Assembly (NCBI GenBank): GCA_965233585.1
Contig: CBDDTI010000435.1
Coordinates: forward strand, 1-32,471
From: a bacterium
Lineage (GTDB): Bacteria > SAR324 > NAC60-12
DNA: 32,471 nucleotides
Direction of reading: 5' to 3'
The notes beneath the pieces are model-generated. The model was not told the DNA's origin. It worked only from the letters and a program-made list of their open reading frames with translations, and did not search any database. Within the stretch, counting starts at the first letter, position 1; the number at the start of each line of letters is the position of its first letter. Shown piece after piece: positions 7,980 to 18,100 of the stretch. The translations under genes and the position numbers were made by a program.

Positions 7980-9313
7980 CGTTGATTAATGGCGGTGTCG
8001 GCGGTTTAAATGTGGATTTCAATGAATTGCAGGGTGATAGTTTGAATGCGCATGCGACCCCCCTCGAAGACACGGATTTAATATCAGGTCGTACTGTGCT
8101 ATATAGTAGCGTGACTCCCGTCGAAGATTTAGAAGATGTTACGTTTTCAATTCCTTCCGACCCCGAATGCGCTTTTGTTTTAAATCAGACGAGGCTAGAG
8201 GGTTACTTTGTGGTAAAGACCGACAGCGGCGAGGGTGTAACAGACACTGACACGCCAACAATTACTAACCATTATTGCGCCGCATTATTCTCGCAAATTG
8301 AAGTCCACCTTAACGGAACTCAAATATGTGATTTGAGTGCCCCTCTTTCTTATTCGTACAAACACCACATTGACTTTCTCCTGTCCTATAACAATAATGT
8401 ATTAACAAATGTGGGACGGTCCGAAGGCTTTTGCCGAACGCACCACGACAAATGCTTTGACAATATTACCACGACCGGTAAAATGTGCCAATGCATCGCG
8501 GAGAATCGTGCGAAAATAATAAACGACAAAAAAGTTTATTTTAGCTCAACTTTGCCCGCAGATATTTTTTACACCGACAAATATTTACCTCCGAATGTGG
8601 AAATCACTGTTGTATTACGCAGGTTCAACCCGTGTTTCGGGCTGCTTCAAGATAATCCGAACAAAGTCTATCGCATTCGTTTAAAGGAATTAAAACTTCG
8701 CATGAGAAAAGTGTTACCGTGCGAGCGTGTGCGAAACAGGCTAAACGCCGAACTGCTAAAAGGTCGACCATTTTTTCTGCCTTTTAAAGACACGCAGATG
8801 AAGCATTATCTGATCCCGTCTGGTTCCCTTAGTTTCTCTGCAAATCACATCAACAATAGCGAGATGTTGCCGCAACAAATTATTTTCTGCATGCTTCGAA
8901 GCGACCTTTTTGCCAAGGGACCGAGCGATCAATTTCCCTTTAAATTTAAACACGCCGATTTAGCATCCGTCATTTTAAAAAACAATGGAAGACCCCTCTT
9001 GCCTAGACCTATAGAATGCAAGATACTTACAGGCGATTATATGGAATTGTACGACCATTTTCAAAGCAACGTCGGCGGCAGAAATTGTATTTCACCCCAA
9101 GCTTTTACAGAGGGTCAGATGTTTCTCGCGTTCGACCTGACTCCGGATAAATGCCTATCCTTTCACAATCACGTCGGAGTGCCCGGAAATTTAGAACTAG
9201 ACTTGACTTTTAACACCCCCACCAGAACCCCCTTAACCCTGATTTCTTACGCTATTTATAATGCTGCCATTTCCATCGACAGCAACCTTCAGGTTACCAA
9301 AATAAAATATTAA
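7973..9313 (+). CDS. Major capsid protein paralogue 1 (double jelly-roll, PY-like)
   Basis: LFSQIEVHLNG, DIF..DKYLPP.V, LPQQIIF, FLAFDLTPD, GNLELDLTF motifs; alignable along its length with 9383-10717. Confidence 0.88.
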   Translation: MSSLINGGVGGLNVDFNELQGDSLNAHATPLEDTDLISGRTVLYSSVTPVEDLEDVTFSIPSDPECAFVLNQTRLEGYFVVKTDSGEGVTDTDTPTITNHYCAALFSQIEVHLNGTQICDLSAPLSYSYKHHIDFLLSYNNNVLTNVGRSEGFCRTHHDKCFDNITTTGKMCQCIAENRAKIINDKKVYFSSTLPADIFYTDKYLPPNVEITVVLRRFNPCFGLLQDNPNKVYRIRLKELKLRMRKVLPCERVRNRLNAELLKGRPFFLPFKDTQMKHYLIPSGSLSFSANHINNSEMLPQQIIFCMLRSDLFAKGPSDQFPFKFKHADLASVILKNNGRPLLPRPIECKILTGDYMELYDHFQSNVGGRNCISPQAFTEGQMFLAFDLTPDKCLSFHNHVGVPGNLELDLTFNTPTRTPLTLISYAIYNAAISIDSNLQVTKIKY

Positions 9314-9382
9314 AATTGCACACCGCCGACTCCCTCTTTTTAAGAAGAACAGAAAACTACAGACTAGCATGCATTTTCGACA

Positions 9383-10717
9383 ATGACTGAAAAGGGTGGC
9401 ATCGGAGGTCTAGGGTTCGAGCAGGACGATTTGACAGAACAAGCTCTTGATCTGCACGCGCCGCTCGGGGTCGATATAAGCCTTGAAAAAGGCAATGATG
9501 TGGTCTACAACAGCGTTTCCAGCGTTTCAAACACCGGACCGATCGAATTCATCATCCCGCGAGACGAAGAGTGTTCCATCATTCTGGATCAGACTAGATT
9601 AATAGGGCATTTCGTTGTCAAGACAGCAAAGGATGAAAATGTCGGACCCGACGATCGAGTCTTTCTGGCCAATAATTTCGCGAGCAATCTATTTAGCGCG
9701 GTTGAAATCTACATTAACGGTACTCAAGTCTGCGACTTGAGCACGGCAAATTCCTACCCTTTCAAAAACTTTATCCAGACCGAGTTGTCGTTTGATAGAG
9801 AGGCCAAACAGAGTCAGCTAAGAGCCGAAGGTTATTTTGAAGAAAAAGAAAACGATATTGGAGCTTGCGAGCCCGGTATAAATCAGCGTTTAATACACCG
9901 TCGAAATCTTATACTTCACGGCAAAAAAGTTTATTTCTGCTCTCGATTGGGGGCGGATATTATGTATACGGATAAGTATATGCCACCGAATGTCGACATC
10001 AAGATTAAGCTTATTAGAAACAGTCCGACATTCGGTATTCTTCACGCCGAAGATGACAAATCTTTTAAAATCGTTTTAAAGGATTTAAAGTTGAAAATGA
10101 GAAAAGTTTTGCCGGTCGAGCAGCAGAGAAAGCATTTTAGGATGAAAATGTCTCAACAGCCCTGCTATATACCCTTTAAGCTGAGTCAGTTGAAGGTTTT
10201 TGTGATTCCAGCCGGCGTCACATCGTACACCGTTACCAATATTGCCTCACAAATACTGCCCAAACAAGTTATTTTCACCCTAATTCACAACCAAGCCTTG
10301 ACGCACGATAGCAAATTCAACCCGTTCGACTTTCAACACTTTGATCTTAATTATTTCAATCTTATTAAAAACGGACAATGCGTCTTCCCAAAAGCTTTTC
10401 AGCCGGATTTTGATGATGATAACTACATGGACCTGTACAGACACATGTACGACAGCACGGGTTTCGGCATTTCAAATAGTTCTTGCGACATTTCGCCCGC
10501 GGTTTTTAAGAGAGGAAGATGTTTTCTAACTGCCGATTTGACCCCCGATCGCTGCAACAGTTTTCACATTCACCCCGACGAAAAAGGCAAGTTGGACTTG
10601 GAATTAGGCTTTAAAACAGCCAAGCCTCACCCCATCTACCTGCTAGCCTACAGCATTTTTAATTCCGGAATTAAAATAGAGGAGAACGGCCAAGTTGTTA
10701 GGGCCGAAGAGCGATAA
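9383..10717 (+). CDS. Major capsid protein paralogue 2 (double jelly-roll, PY-like)
   Basis: GPIEFII, LFSAVEIYING, NSYPFK.FI, LPKQVI, NPFDFQHFDL, DLTPD, LELGF motifs. Confidence 0.9.
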   Translation: MTEKGGIGGLGFEQDDLTEQALDLHAPLGVDISLEKGNDVVYNSVSSVSNTGPIEFIIPRDEECSIILDQTRLIGHFVVKTAKDENVGPDDRVFLANNFASNLFSAVEIYINGTQVCDLSTANSYPFKNFIQTELSFDREAKQSQLRAEGYFEEKENDIGACEPGINQRLIHRRNLILHGKKVYFCSRLGADIMYTDKYMPPNVDIKIKLIRNSPTFGILHAEDDKSFKIVLKDLKLKMRKVLPVEQQRKHFRMKMSQQPCYIPFKLSQLKVFVIPAGVTSYTVTNIASQILPKQVIFTLIHNQALTHDSKFNPFDFQHFDLNYFNLIKNGQCVFPKAFQPDFDDDNYMDLYRHMYDSTGFGISNSSCDISPAVFKRGRCFLTADLTPDRCNSFHIHPDEKGKLDLELGFKTAKPHPIYLLAYSIFNSGIKIEENGQVVRAEER

Positions 10718-11202
10718 TGGCCGGTTTGAGCAACGTATTTCTAGATCGGTTTTTATCCCCACTTTGCAAGAATTTCATCGGCACCTTTGCAGTCGACACG
10801 TTACCCTCAAACTTGTGGAACACTAGCTGTTGCGCCATCGTCAATCTTTCGGTTTCAAGCCATCCCGGCAGTCATTTCATCGCCTTTTTTATTAATAAGC
10901 AAAACTATTTGTATTATTTCGACAGCTATGCACTACCCGTGCCCGCCTATAATCACCACCTCATCCATTTTTTGAAAAAATGGGAAAATTGCGGCAGAAT
11001 AAGACATGTCCTGGACCGATCGATTCAAGCTTTCGATTCTTTGTTTTGCGGGTGGTATGCTGCCGCATTTTGCATGTTTGTCAATGCATACGCAAACGTG
11101 AAGCCGCGACACTTTTGCACTTTTTTTAATCCCAATAATTTACGCGAAAATGAAAAACGCGTCAAACATTTAGTTAATTGTTTGCAAGTCAAGCTTTATT
11201 AG
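10717..11202 (+). CDS. Adenain-like (Ulp1/C5-type) cysteine maturation protease
   Basis: IVN....HPGSHF (His), YFDSY (Asp), IQ...S.FCGWY (Gln, Cys); TAATG overlap with the MCP2 stop. Confidence 0.93.
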   Translation: MAGLSNVFLDRFLSPLCKNFIGTFAVDTLPSNLWNTSCCAIVNLSVSSHPGSHFIAFFINKQNYLYYFDSYALPVPAYNHHLIHFLKKWENCGRIRHVLDRSIQAFDSLFCGWYAAAFCMFVNAYANVKPRHFCTFFNPNNLRENEKRVKHLVNCLQVKLY

Positions 11203-11325
11203 AATATACAGAATTGCCTATAATGTTTTAGTTAATAAAAAGCCGCAAATCTGATTTCTGTTCTGCAGCAAAGCTGCAGTCGCCGCCGTTGCCGCGGCTG
11301 TTGCCGCGGTTGCACACACGCATCT

Positions 11326-12538
11326 TCACTTGCTGCCGAGTTTGACATTGACGGGGAAATCCAGACCTTGACACAGCTCCACCATACCCTCGGTAAATTC
11401 ATCCAACTTGTGCAGAGGAAAATTCATCCTAATTATCTTGGTGCTGTGGCTTTTGTTGTTGTCGTTATACTGCGGGAAAAAAGATTTTTTACGCATTTTT
11501 CCGCTCAATTTTTTTCTATTTACATTTTTATTTCGCCTTACCTGCTCTTTAGAGACGTAAAATACCGGCCACACGCTAAGGCCCGCAGCACGCTGGATAT
11601 GCCTAACGCCGCTAACTCCAATTACCATCCTAGGGTTGGATGCAATCACTTTGCTCATCGGGGCAAAAGGCAAGCTCACCGATCGCGATGACACCTCCTT
11701 GTTTTTAAAAGCCTCAATAAACTTTTTCATGGTGGCTGGATTAGGGTAGATGTACTGTTGAGCAAAACAGTGCAGAAAAGTTTTTTAATTAAAAATACGC
11801 TGAGCTGATTTGAACTGTTTTACTCACCCCGTCGTCTCCAATAAAATATTGTTCGCGATGGCTGTGGCTTTCTAGCCACTTGGAAAAGTTTACCTCCGCG
11901 GTTTTTACGCGCTCGTTAACATCCCATTTGCAGGGTCGAAACAACTCCTCTTGCTTTTTCCTTGTCAAATTAATCCCATCCACCTTGGACGAAACCGGCT
12001 CCGGCTCGACATAATTTTTCCTTTTTGAATCGGGTAATTTCTTTTTGCCTGAATCGGACCTTGGTCTTTTTTTCGCGCAAAACGGCTTTCCTTGATCCTC
12101 CATCTCCGGTTCTTCAATATCAGTCGGAGCATCGTCATCATCATCGTCATCATCGTCATCCTCGTTATCATCTTGGGCGGCATCAGACTCAACATCGTTA
12201 TCATCGTTATCAGAGCCGTCTTGCATGTTCTCTGAGCCGGATTCTTCAGACTCGTCATCGCTTGAATTCTCGTTGTCTCTCATGTCCTCATCCTTCTCCA
12301 TGTCTGAGTCGGAATCTTCTAATTGCTTATGTCCTTTGTTCGCAGATGACGAACGGGATTTGGCAAGTTTACTACTTTTTTGCTCTTTGGTGTAAACTTT
12401 TGACGTTTTTTCAACGTGGCTTTTTTCGAACGGTGTCTTTTTCGCGACCTTTTTATGCGCAGACTTCCCCTTTTTTTTGTACAAGATCGTCTTGCTGCCT
12501 TTGCCATTGCTTTCAGATGATGTAGCCAGTTTACCCAT
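11326..12538 (-). CDS. Spliced 379-aa protein (exons 12538-11828 and 11754-11326): basic/acidic N-terminus, compact C-terminal domain (possibly PC4-like ssDNA-binding)
   Basis: Intron 11755-11827 (73 nt; GTGAGT...TTTTGCTCAACAG on the - strand) joins FIGDDG|YIYPNPATMKKF in frame. The PC4-like fold is a tentative inference. Confidence 0.72.
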
Positions 12539-12620
12539 GACGCGACCGATGTTTTATCTTAGGTGTGGATGTGAAGCCAGTCAAAATATTATTGGTGTTT
12601 CACCAAAAGCGCAAATTGGC

Positions 12621-12736
12621 TTTTATACTATTTTGACTTGTATAATGGCAAATGCTAGAATATTCTCGATGAAATTGTGGTCAACTTTTAACCCATTTTA
12701 AGGCAAAAAAAAGTTCTAGAAGAAACTAGAAAAATC
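12621..12736 (-). promoter_or_regulatory. HSE-like arrays plus TATAAAA for the 12538 gene
   Basis: TATAAAA on the - strand at 12627-12621; TGC-ta-GAA-ta-TTC-tc-GAT at 12653-12670; TTC-ta-GAA-ga-AAC-ta-GAA at 12714-12731. Confidence 0.55.
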
Positions 12737-13662
12737 TAAAAGCAATTATTTTCATAAAGGTTTGAAAAAAATTTAAAAATGCTCATTTCTATTTTTTTGT
12801 CGGTAAAATGACCTAAAATTAGGGCATCTTTTGTAAAATGGAGAATTTTTTCCCCCTTTTTAGATGCTGCTCCTTGGCACGTGCTTTTTTTTCTCACTTG
12901 AGCTAATGGTTTTTCTGCTTAATGGTTTTCAACGCTAATTTTCCTTCCAGAAAATTGTCATTCTTTATTTCTTTGACCGCAAAAAAGGGTGCAAAGACCC
13001 GATTGTTAACCTTTTAATAATTAATCTTTTTCCTTTTGCTGATTTATTTTAATGGGTGTGCTGCTAAAAAAAATTGGCTGTTGTTTAAAAGAAAAAACAA
13101 TTTTTAGCAAACACACTGTCTCATATCTTGTCATTAATTTGCTCCAATTTCGGCGCTTTTGCTTTAAGCCTTAATGCATGTGCGGAAAAATGAACAAAAA
13201 TAAAGGAAAATTGCACGGAAAACACAATCTGACGTCAGGTTGCGGGGATAAAAGGATTTACAAGAAGGGTTAAAATTTTCTCCAAAATTAATTATCTTTT
13301 CAAAAAACCAGGTTTAATTTTTGCGCCTTTTTTCTACTATTAAAAAGTTTACATGAATGACCCTTTTTGAGATAAGGAGTCATTCCAAAATCTAAACTGA
13401 AACCGAAAAGATCCTGGTTTTATCTTTTAGACACTTGAAAAAAATCGTAAGTAGACAAAAAGTCTTTACAATTTTAAAACATTGAATTTTTTTGAAAAAT
13501 ATTTTTAAACATAAAGTTGGTTAAAGTCTAAAAATTTTTTACACAAATTGAGCTTACGCAAAAAAAATTTTAACAATTGCTTAAAGTCTTAAAATTTTTT
13601 ACCCAAAATTGAGCTTACGCAAAAATCTTAAACCTGATTTCAATCACCCTGCTTTCTAGACA

Positions 13663-14439
13663 ATGCCGAAAAATAGGGAATCAAGATTAATTGGTTTTAA
13701 GAGGTGTGGGCCTTTCCAAATAAAACTGGGAAGAAGGACACCTGTGGATCAAGTCTCGGTCGAGCTCACGTCCGCATCTTCCACCGTCGCGCTGCCTTCG
13801 AACTCACCGCCCGCTTCCCTTTCCACCTCTTTTATTCAAATTAGAACTGAGCCCCTTTTTTCCTCGACACCAAACACCTCGTTTAGACCGGTGTGTTACA
13901 GCCCTCCGCCTACCCCTTCGCCCGTGCCATCACCGGTCTATTCAATGCCGGCTCCCTTTCGTCCGCTTCAACCTGGCTTGTTCTTACCGGGCCCCCCAAC
14001 TCCGGCTCCACCGAGACTACCAACCATGTCTCCAACGGCTGTGTCCCTCCCGCAATCCCCAATGTTGTGTGACATGAGGGCTTTGCGGGCTCAGCTAAGG
14101 CCGATCCGTCCGGCGCCCATAACAACTCCGCTTCTAGCAGCACCACCGCGACTCGTCATCCCCGAACCGCGAGGAGCAAGGGTGGTAAGATTACCGGGCG
14201 TGTCGGTAAATGGAGGGGTCATAAGTGAGGGGCTCGACTTGAGGGTAAACCGCCCCTGTCCGGATCCGCAGGTTTTTACGGAAAAATTAAAGAAAATTTT
14301 AAGTAAGGTGTCCCCCTTGCTCGTATTTTACGAGTCGCAAGGGGAAAATTTATTTTTAAACCCGTCCATTCGCGAATTGTATAAAAAAAATTTAACTGAA
14401 GTGCAAGAATATGTAGAGAGTGCTAATAATTTATTGTAA
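13663..14439 (+). CDS. Pro/Ser-rich, largely disordered putative regulatory protein
   Basis: 258-aa GC-rich ORF; GLDLR (PxDLS-like) motif; helical C-terminus; candidate 5'UTR intron 13447-13659 (GTAAGT...TTCTAG). Confidence 0.7.
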   Translation: MPKNRESRLIGFKRCGPFQIKLGRRTPVDQVSVELTSASSTVALPSNSPPASLSTSFIQIRTEPLFSSTPNTSFRPVCYSPPPTPSPVPSPVYSMPAPFRPLQPGLFLPGPPTPAPPRLPTMSPTAVSLPQSPMLCDMRALRAQLRPIRPAPITTPLLAAPPRLVIPEPRGARVVRLPGVSVNGGVISEGLDLRVNRPCPDPQVFTEKLKKILSKVSPLLVFYESQGENLFLNPSIRELYKKNLTEVQEYVESANNLL

Positions 14440-14534
14440 ATATAACAATTGTGTGTGTGTGTATATATAAAGATTAGAAGATACAACATTTTTTTCCTTT
14501 TTCAGAAAAAGTTTAAAAGCGAGAGAAAAAAAGA

Positions 14535-15170
14535 ATGACGCACAAGTGTGAAACGTGTCACATATCGTTTTCCAGAAAGAGTCGTCTTGCCAATCATTTA
14601 AAATTAAAACACAGAAATCAAGCAAATCATAATGGTCGCGACAAGTTGAGAAAGTGCCCGTTTTGTGAACTTAAATACAGTGATAAGAACGAGTTATCGT
14701 CTCACGTAGATTCGAATCACGCGGAATCAAGGGTATTTTCTAAAAGGCAAGGAGCCATTGGCGACAAAGTTTGCATTTTCCAACAAGAACTGACTCACCT
14801 AAAAAGCTCTTTGCAAGATTTTTGCAACTCTAAGCAAACGATCGAAAATGTGTTTAATCTCGTTAAAAGTCAATTTACACATCGGGTGGTTTGTCGAATA
14901 AGTATAACAATCACGGCAGATTACGAGATACAGGGTTTAGATGAAGAAAGTCAGGGAAAAAGCGTCGACATCGATTCTTTCACGTTACGGTCAAAAGGCG
15001 TCGCGGTCAACAAATATCAAAGCGATGAGCAGATTCGAGATAGGATAAAGTCACTTTTGGCTGGATCGGTGGAGAGGGAAGACGATTTGTTAACTAGAGG
15101 TTCAGGCTGGCGATTTGCTCAACTTCAAAGTTGCAGCGTTTTAATCTATGACTGTAGCAGTATTTTTTAA
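14535..15170 (+). CDS. Two C2H2 zinc fingers plus terminal-protein-like region normally at the pPolB N-terminus
   Basis: CETCHISFSRKSRLANHLKLKH and CPFCELKYSDKNELSSHVDSNH; RGSGWRF motif near the C-terminus; TATATAAAG ~70 bp upstream. Confidence 0.8.
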   Translation: MTHKCETCHISFSRKSRLANHLKLKHRNQANHNGRDKLRKCPFCELKYSDKNELSSHVDSNHAESRVFSKRQGAIGDKVCIFQQELTHLKSSLQDFCNSKQTIENVFNLVKSQFTHRVVCRISITITADYEIQGLDEESQGKSVDIDSFTLRSKGVAVNKYQSDEQIRDRIKSLLAGSVEREDDLLTRGSGWRFAQLQSCSVLIYDCSSIF

Positions 15171-15172
15171 TA

Positions 15173-18100
15173 ATGAACAGCGACTCTGTAAACGTGCCCG
15201 AGTATTTATTAAAGTGTCGAAGTGTTTTATGGAACAGAAAATACGATGAAAAGAATTTTCTATATTGTGTCATAGGACATCTTTGGCCGGAAACGGCAAA
15301 CATCAGACGATGCAAAAAAATTCCAAAGGAGTATGAAAGTAAATTTAACTTGCAGGGTTTAACCTTTCCCCTGCAGTTTAGCCAGATTAGCAAGTTTGTT
15401 CGAATTAACAAGCACCTACCGTTACGTATAAGAGTTCTTTTTGAAGGTGAACATCAACTGAGTGTTTTAGACGTTTTCTCCAATAGATCTGGCGAGAAAA
15501 ATAAGAACAAAAATACGCTAAATTTGCTAATGATTAAAAGTGATCGTCAAATTTCATCGGCCAATAAAGACAGCATTGACGTAAATGGCATTTCCAACGT
15601 AAAAGACCTTGAGCATCAGCACCATTTTTTCACTATTGCTAATTTAAATGGCTTTCTGAACAACCGAAAATCTGCTATGACCAAAGGAAGACGGCATAGA
15701 AGTCAGTTTTATTTTTGTGACAGCTGTTTAAGAGATTTTCGTTCGCGCAAGAAACAAAAATTACACGAAAAAATCTGTCAAATGGATAAACAAGCGGTGA
15801 TTTATCCAGAAAAGGGCAGTGTCTTGAATTTCGATAAGCAAAGAAATGCTTTTAAAGCACCTGTAGTGGGATTTGCTGATTTTGAGTGTTTTATGGAAAA
15901 GTCAGAGCAAGAAGCAAAAACATGTAAAACATGCGGAAAAGCGTGGGTGACATGCGAATGTCAAGTGTCGGGATGCGCTGAGCTAAGTAAACATCGAGCT
16001 TGCGGCTATTCAATTTGTTTTGTCGATTCGGAAAACGAAGTATTTTATCAAGAAACGTACAGTGGAAAAGACGCTGTGGAAAATTTTCTATCAAAGCTGG
16101 ATTATTTCGAAGAATTAGTGGAAGCGCGAAAGCAACGGTTCAAGAACACATCTCAAATTATAGCGAGCAAACATGATTGGGAAGAGTACCACGCCGCCAC
16201 GCTATGTCATATTTGCAAAAAAGATTTTGATTCAGGCTCGCGATTATATAAAAAAGTGGTTGATCATGATCACGTCACCGGAAACATTGTTCAAGCGGCG
16301 CATTCTATTTGCAATCTGCAACGACAGGGCCCATTTAGAACACCTATATACTTTCACAACGCCAAGGGGTAAGTACAGACTTTTTTAATATTTATAATCC
16401 TTGACTTGAGGGAAAGTCATTTTAAATTTTTTTAATTTTAAGATATGACATAAATCTACTAGTAGAAAAATTGGACAAAGAGGCTAATCTGATGGCGAGT
16501 AACCAAGAAAAGTTTAGGACAATCACTATTGGAAAATTTCAAATTAGGGATTCTCTAGAGCACGTGCCATCCAGTCTTGATGCGCTCATGACCGATTTAT
16601 GCAAGGATGAGACGTTTACCTTTCCGATTCTCAAACAATTCGAGCCTTACAAGAGGCTGTGGACGCGACAAAAGGCGAAAGGTTTAAAATTATTGAAAAG
16701 AAAAGGAGTATATCCGTATGAATACTTTTCATCATATGAGTCGATTAAAAACAGTCAATTTCCGCCAAAAGACGCTTTCTACTCGAGATTGAGCGAAGCC
16801 CACATCTCAACCGAAGATCATAAGCACGGCTATGAAGTGTTCAAGTTTTTTAATTGTAAAAATATGGACGACTACATGAAGTTATATTGCGGACTGGACG
16901 TGATTTTGCTGGCTGAGATTTTTGTAAAGTATCGAGAAATGGTGATGAAGCACTTTGAGTTGGATCCCATCTACTATTTAGGCATACCTGGCTTGTCATT
17001 TGACATCATGCTTAAAATGTTTCAAAATGAAGAAAGAAAAGACGAAGAAGAGATTAGTCCTGATTTAATGTCGAAACCACCGGGCTCATTGGACTTGTTT
17101 CACGATCCGGCAATGGAACAGTTTTTTACACGCGGCATTAGAGGAGGGCAGAGTTTTATAGCTACCAGACAAGCGACGGGTCAGGCCGATCCTAAAGCGA
17201 GCGGCGAGCATTTACTATATGTAGATGGTAATATTTTTTATTAAACGTCAAAGAAAAAAAGATTGATTAAAATTACGATACATTTTCAGCTAACAATCTT
17301 TACGGCAGCATGGAAACACGCATGCTGCCGGTGGGTAATTTTAAGTGGGTGCCAAAAAAGGAGATAAAAACATGGACGGACAAGGACATTTTGAATTTGC
17401 CTTCGCAAAGCAGGATTGGCTATGCTTTTGAAGTGGATTTGCACTATCCAAAAAAATATCATGAGGTAAATAATTGTTTCTGCTAAACACCAACTGCTAG
17501 AAAAATTTTTTTTATTTATTTTGCAGAGAGATGATCAATTTCCTTTGGCTCCTTACACTGACACAATAAACTTTGATGATCTGTCACCGTTTAACAAACA
17601 ACTTTTGAAGAAGCACTGTCCGACTGATTACAAAAACAAACGTTACAGTTCGCGAAAGCTTCTTGCCACATTCTACCCGCGACGTAAATATGTCGTCTTG
17701 TTAGATAATCTAAAGTATTATTTGAGGCGAGGGCTGAAGCTTACAAAAATCAGACGAGCGGTCAAGTTTGAGCAAAAAGACTTTTTAAAAAACTTTATCA
17801 CAAAAATTACAAAATTAAGGTCGGAGGCAAAAACTGATTTTGAATTACGTCTCTTCAAGTTGTTTGCCAATTCCACATTTGGCAAATTTATAGGTAAAAT
17901 AAAGTAATGGCTCCCTTTTTTCACAATAAAATGTTTAATTTTTTTCAGAGAACGCGCGAAACTACATCGAAATCGTATTGTGCCACAATGAAAAGAAGCT
18001 GAGAAAGACTTGCATGGGTCAGCATGTTTCGAATTTGAAAGTCATAAACGAAAACCTTGTGGCTGTCATGAAAAAACCGGCCGTTATTGAAATGAAGAAA

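Noticed and set aside
11263..11315. GC-rich GCCGCGG repeats between convergent genes
   Set aside because: Too short and irregular to call a terminator or structured RNA.
11755..11798. Alternative 44-nt intron using GT at 11798
   Set aside because: Out of frame with the downstream ORF; the GTGAGT donor at 11827 fits.
14303..14535. Splice fusion of the Pro-rich ORF to the ZnF/TP ORF via the acceptor at 14505
   Set aside because: Donor 14436 gives the wrong frame; donor 14303 gives the right frame but meets TAA at 14514.
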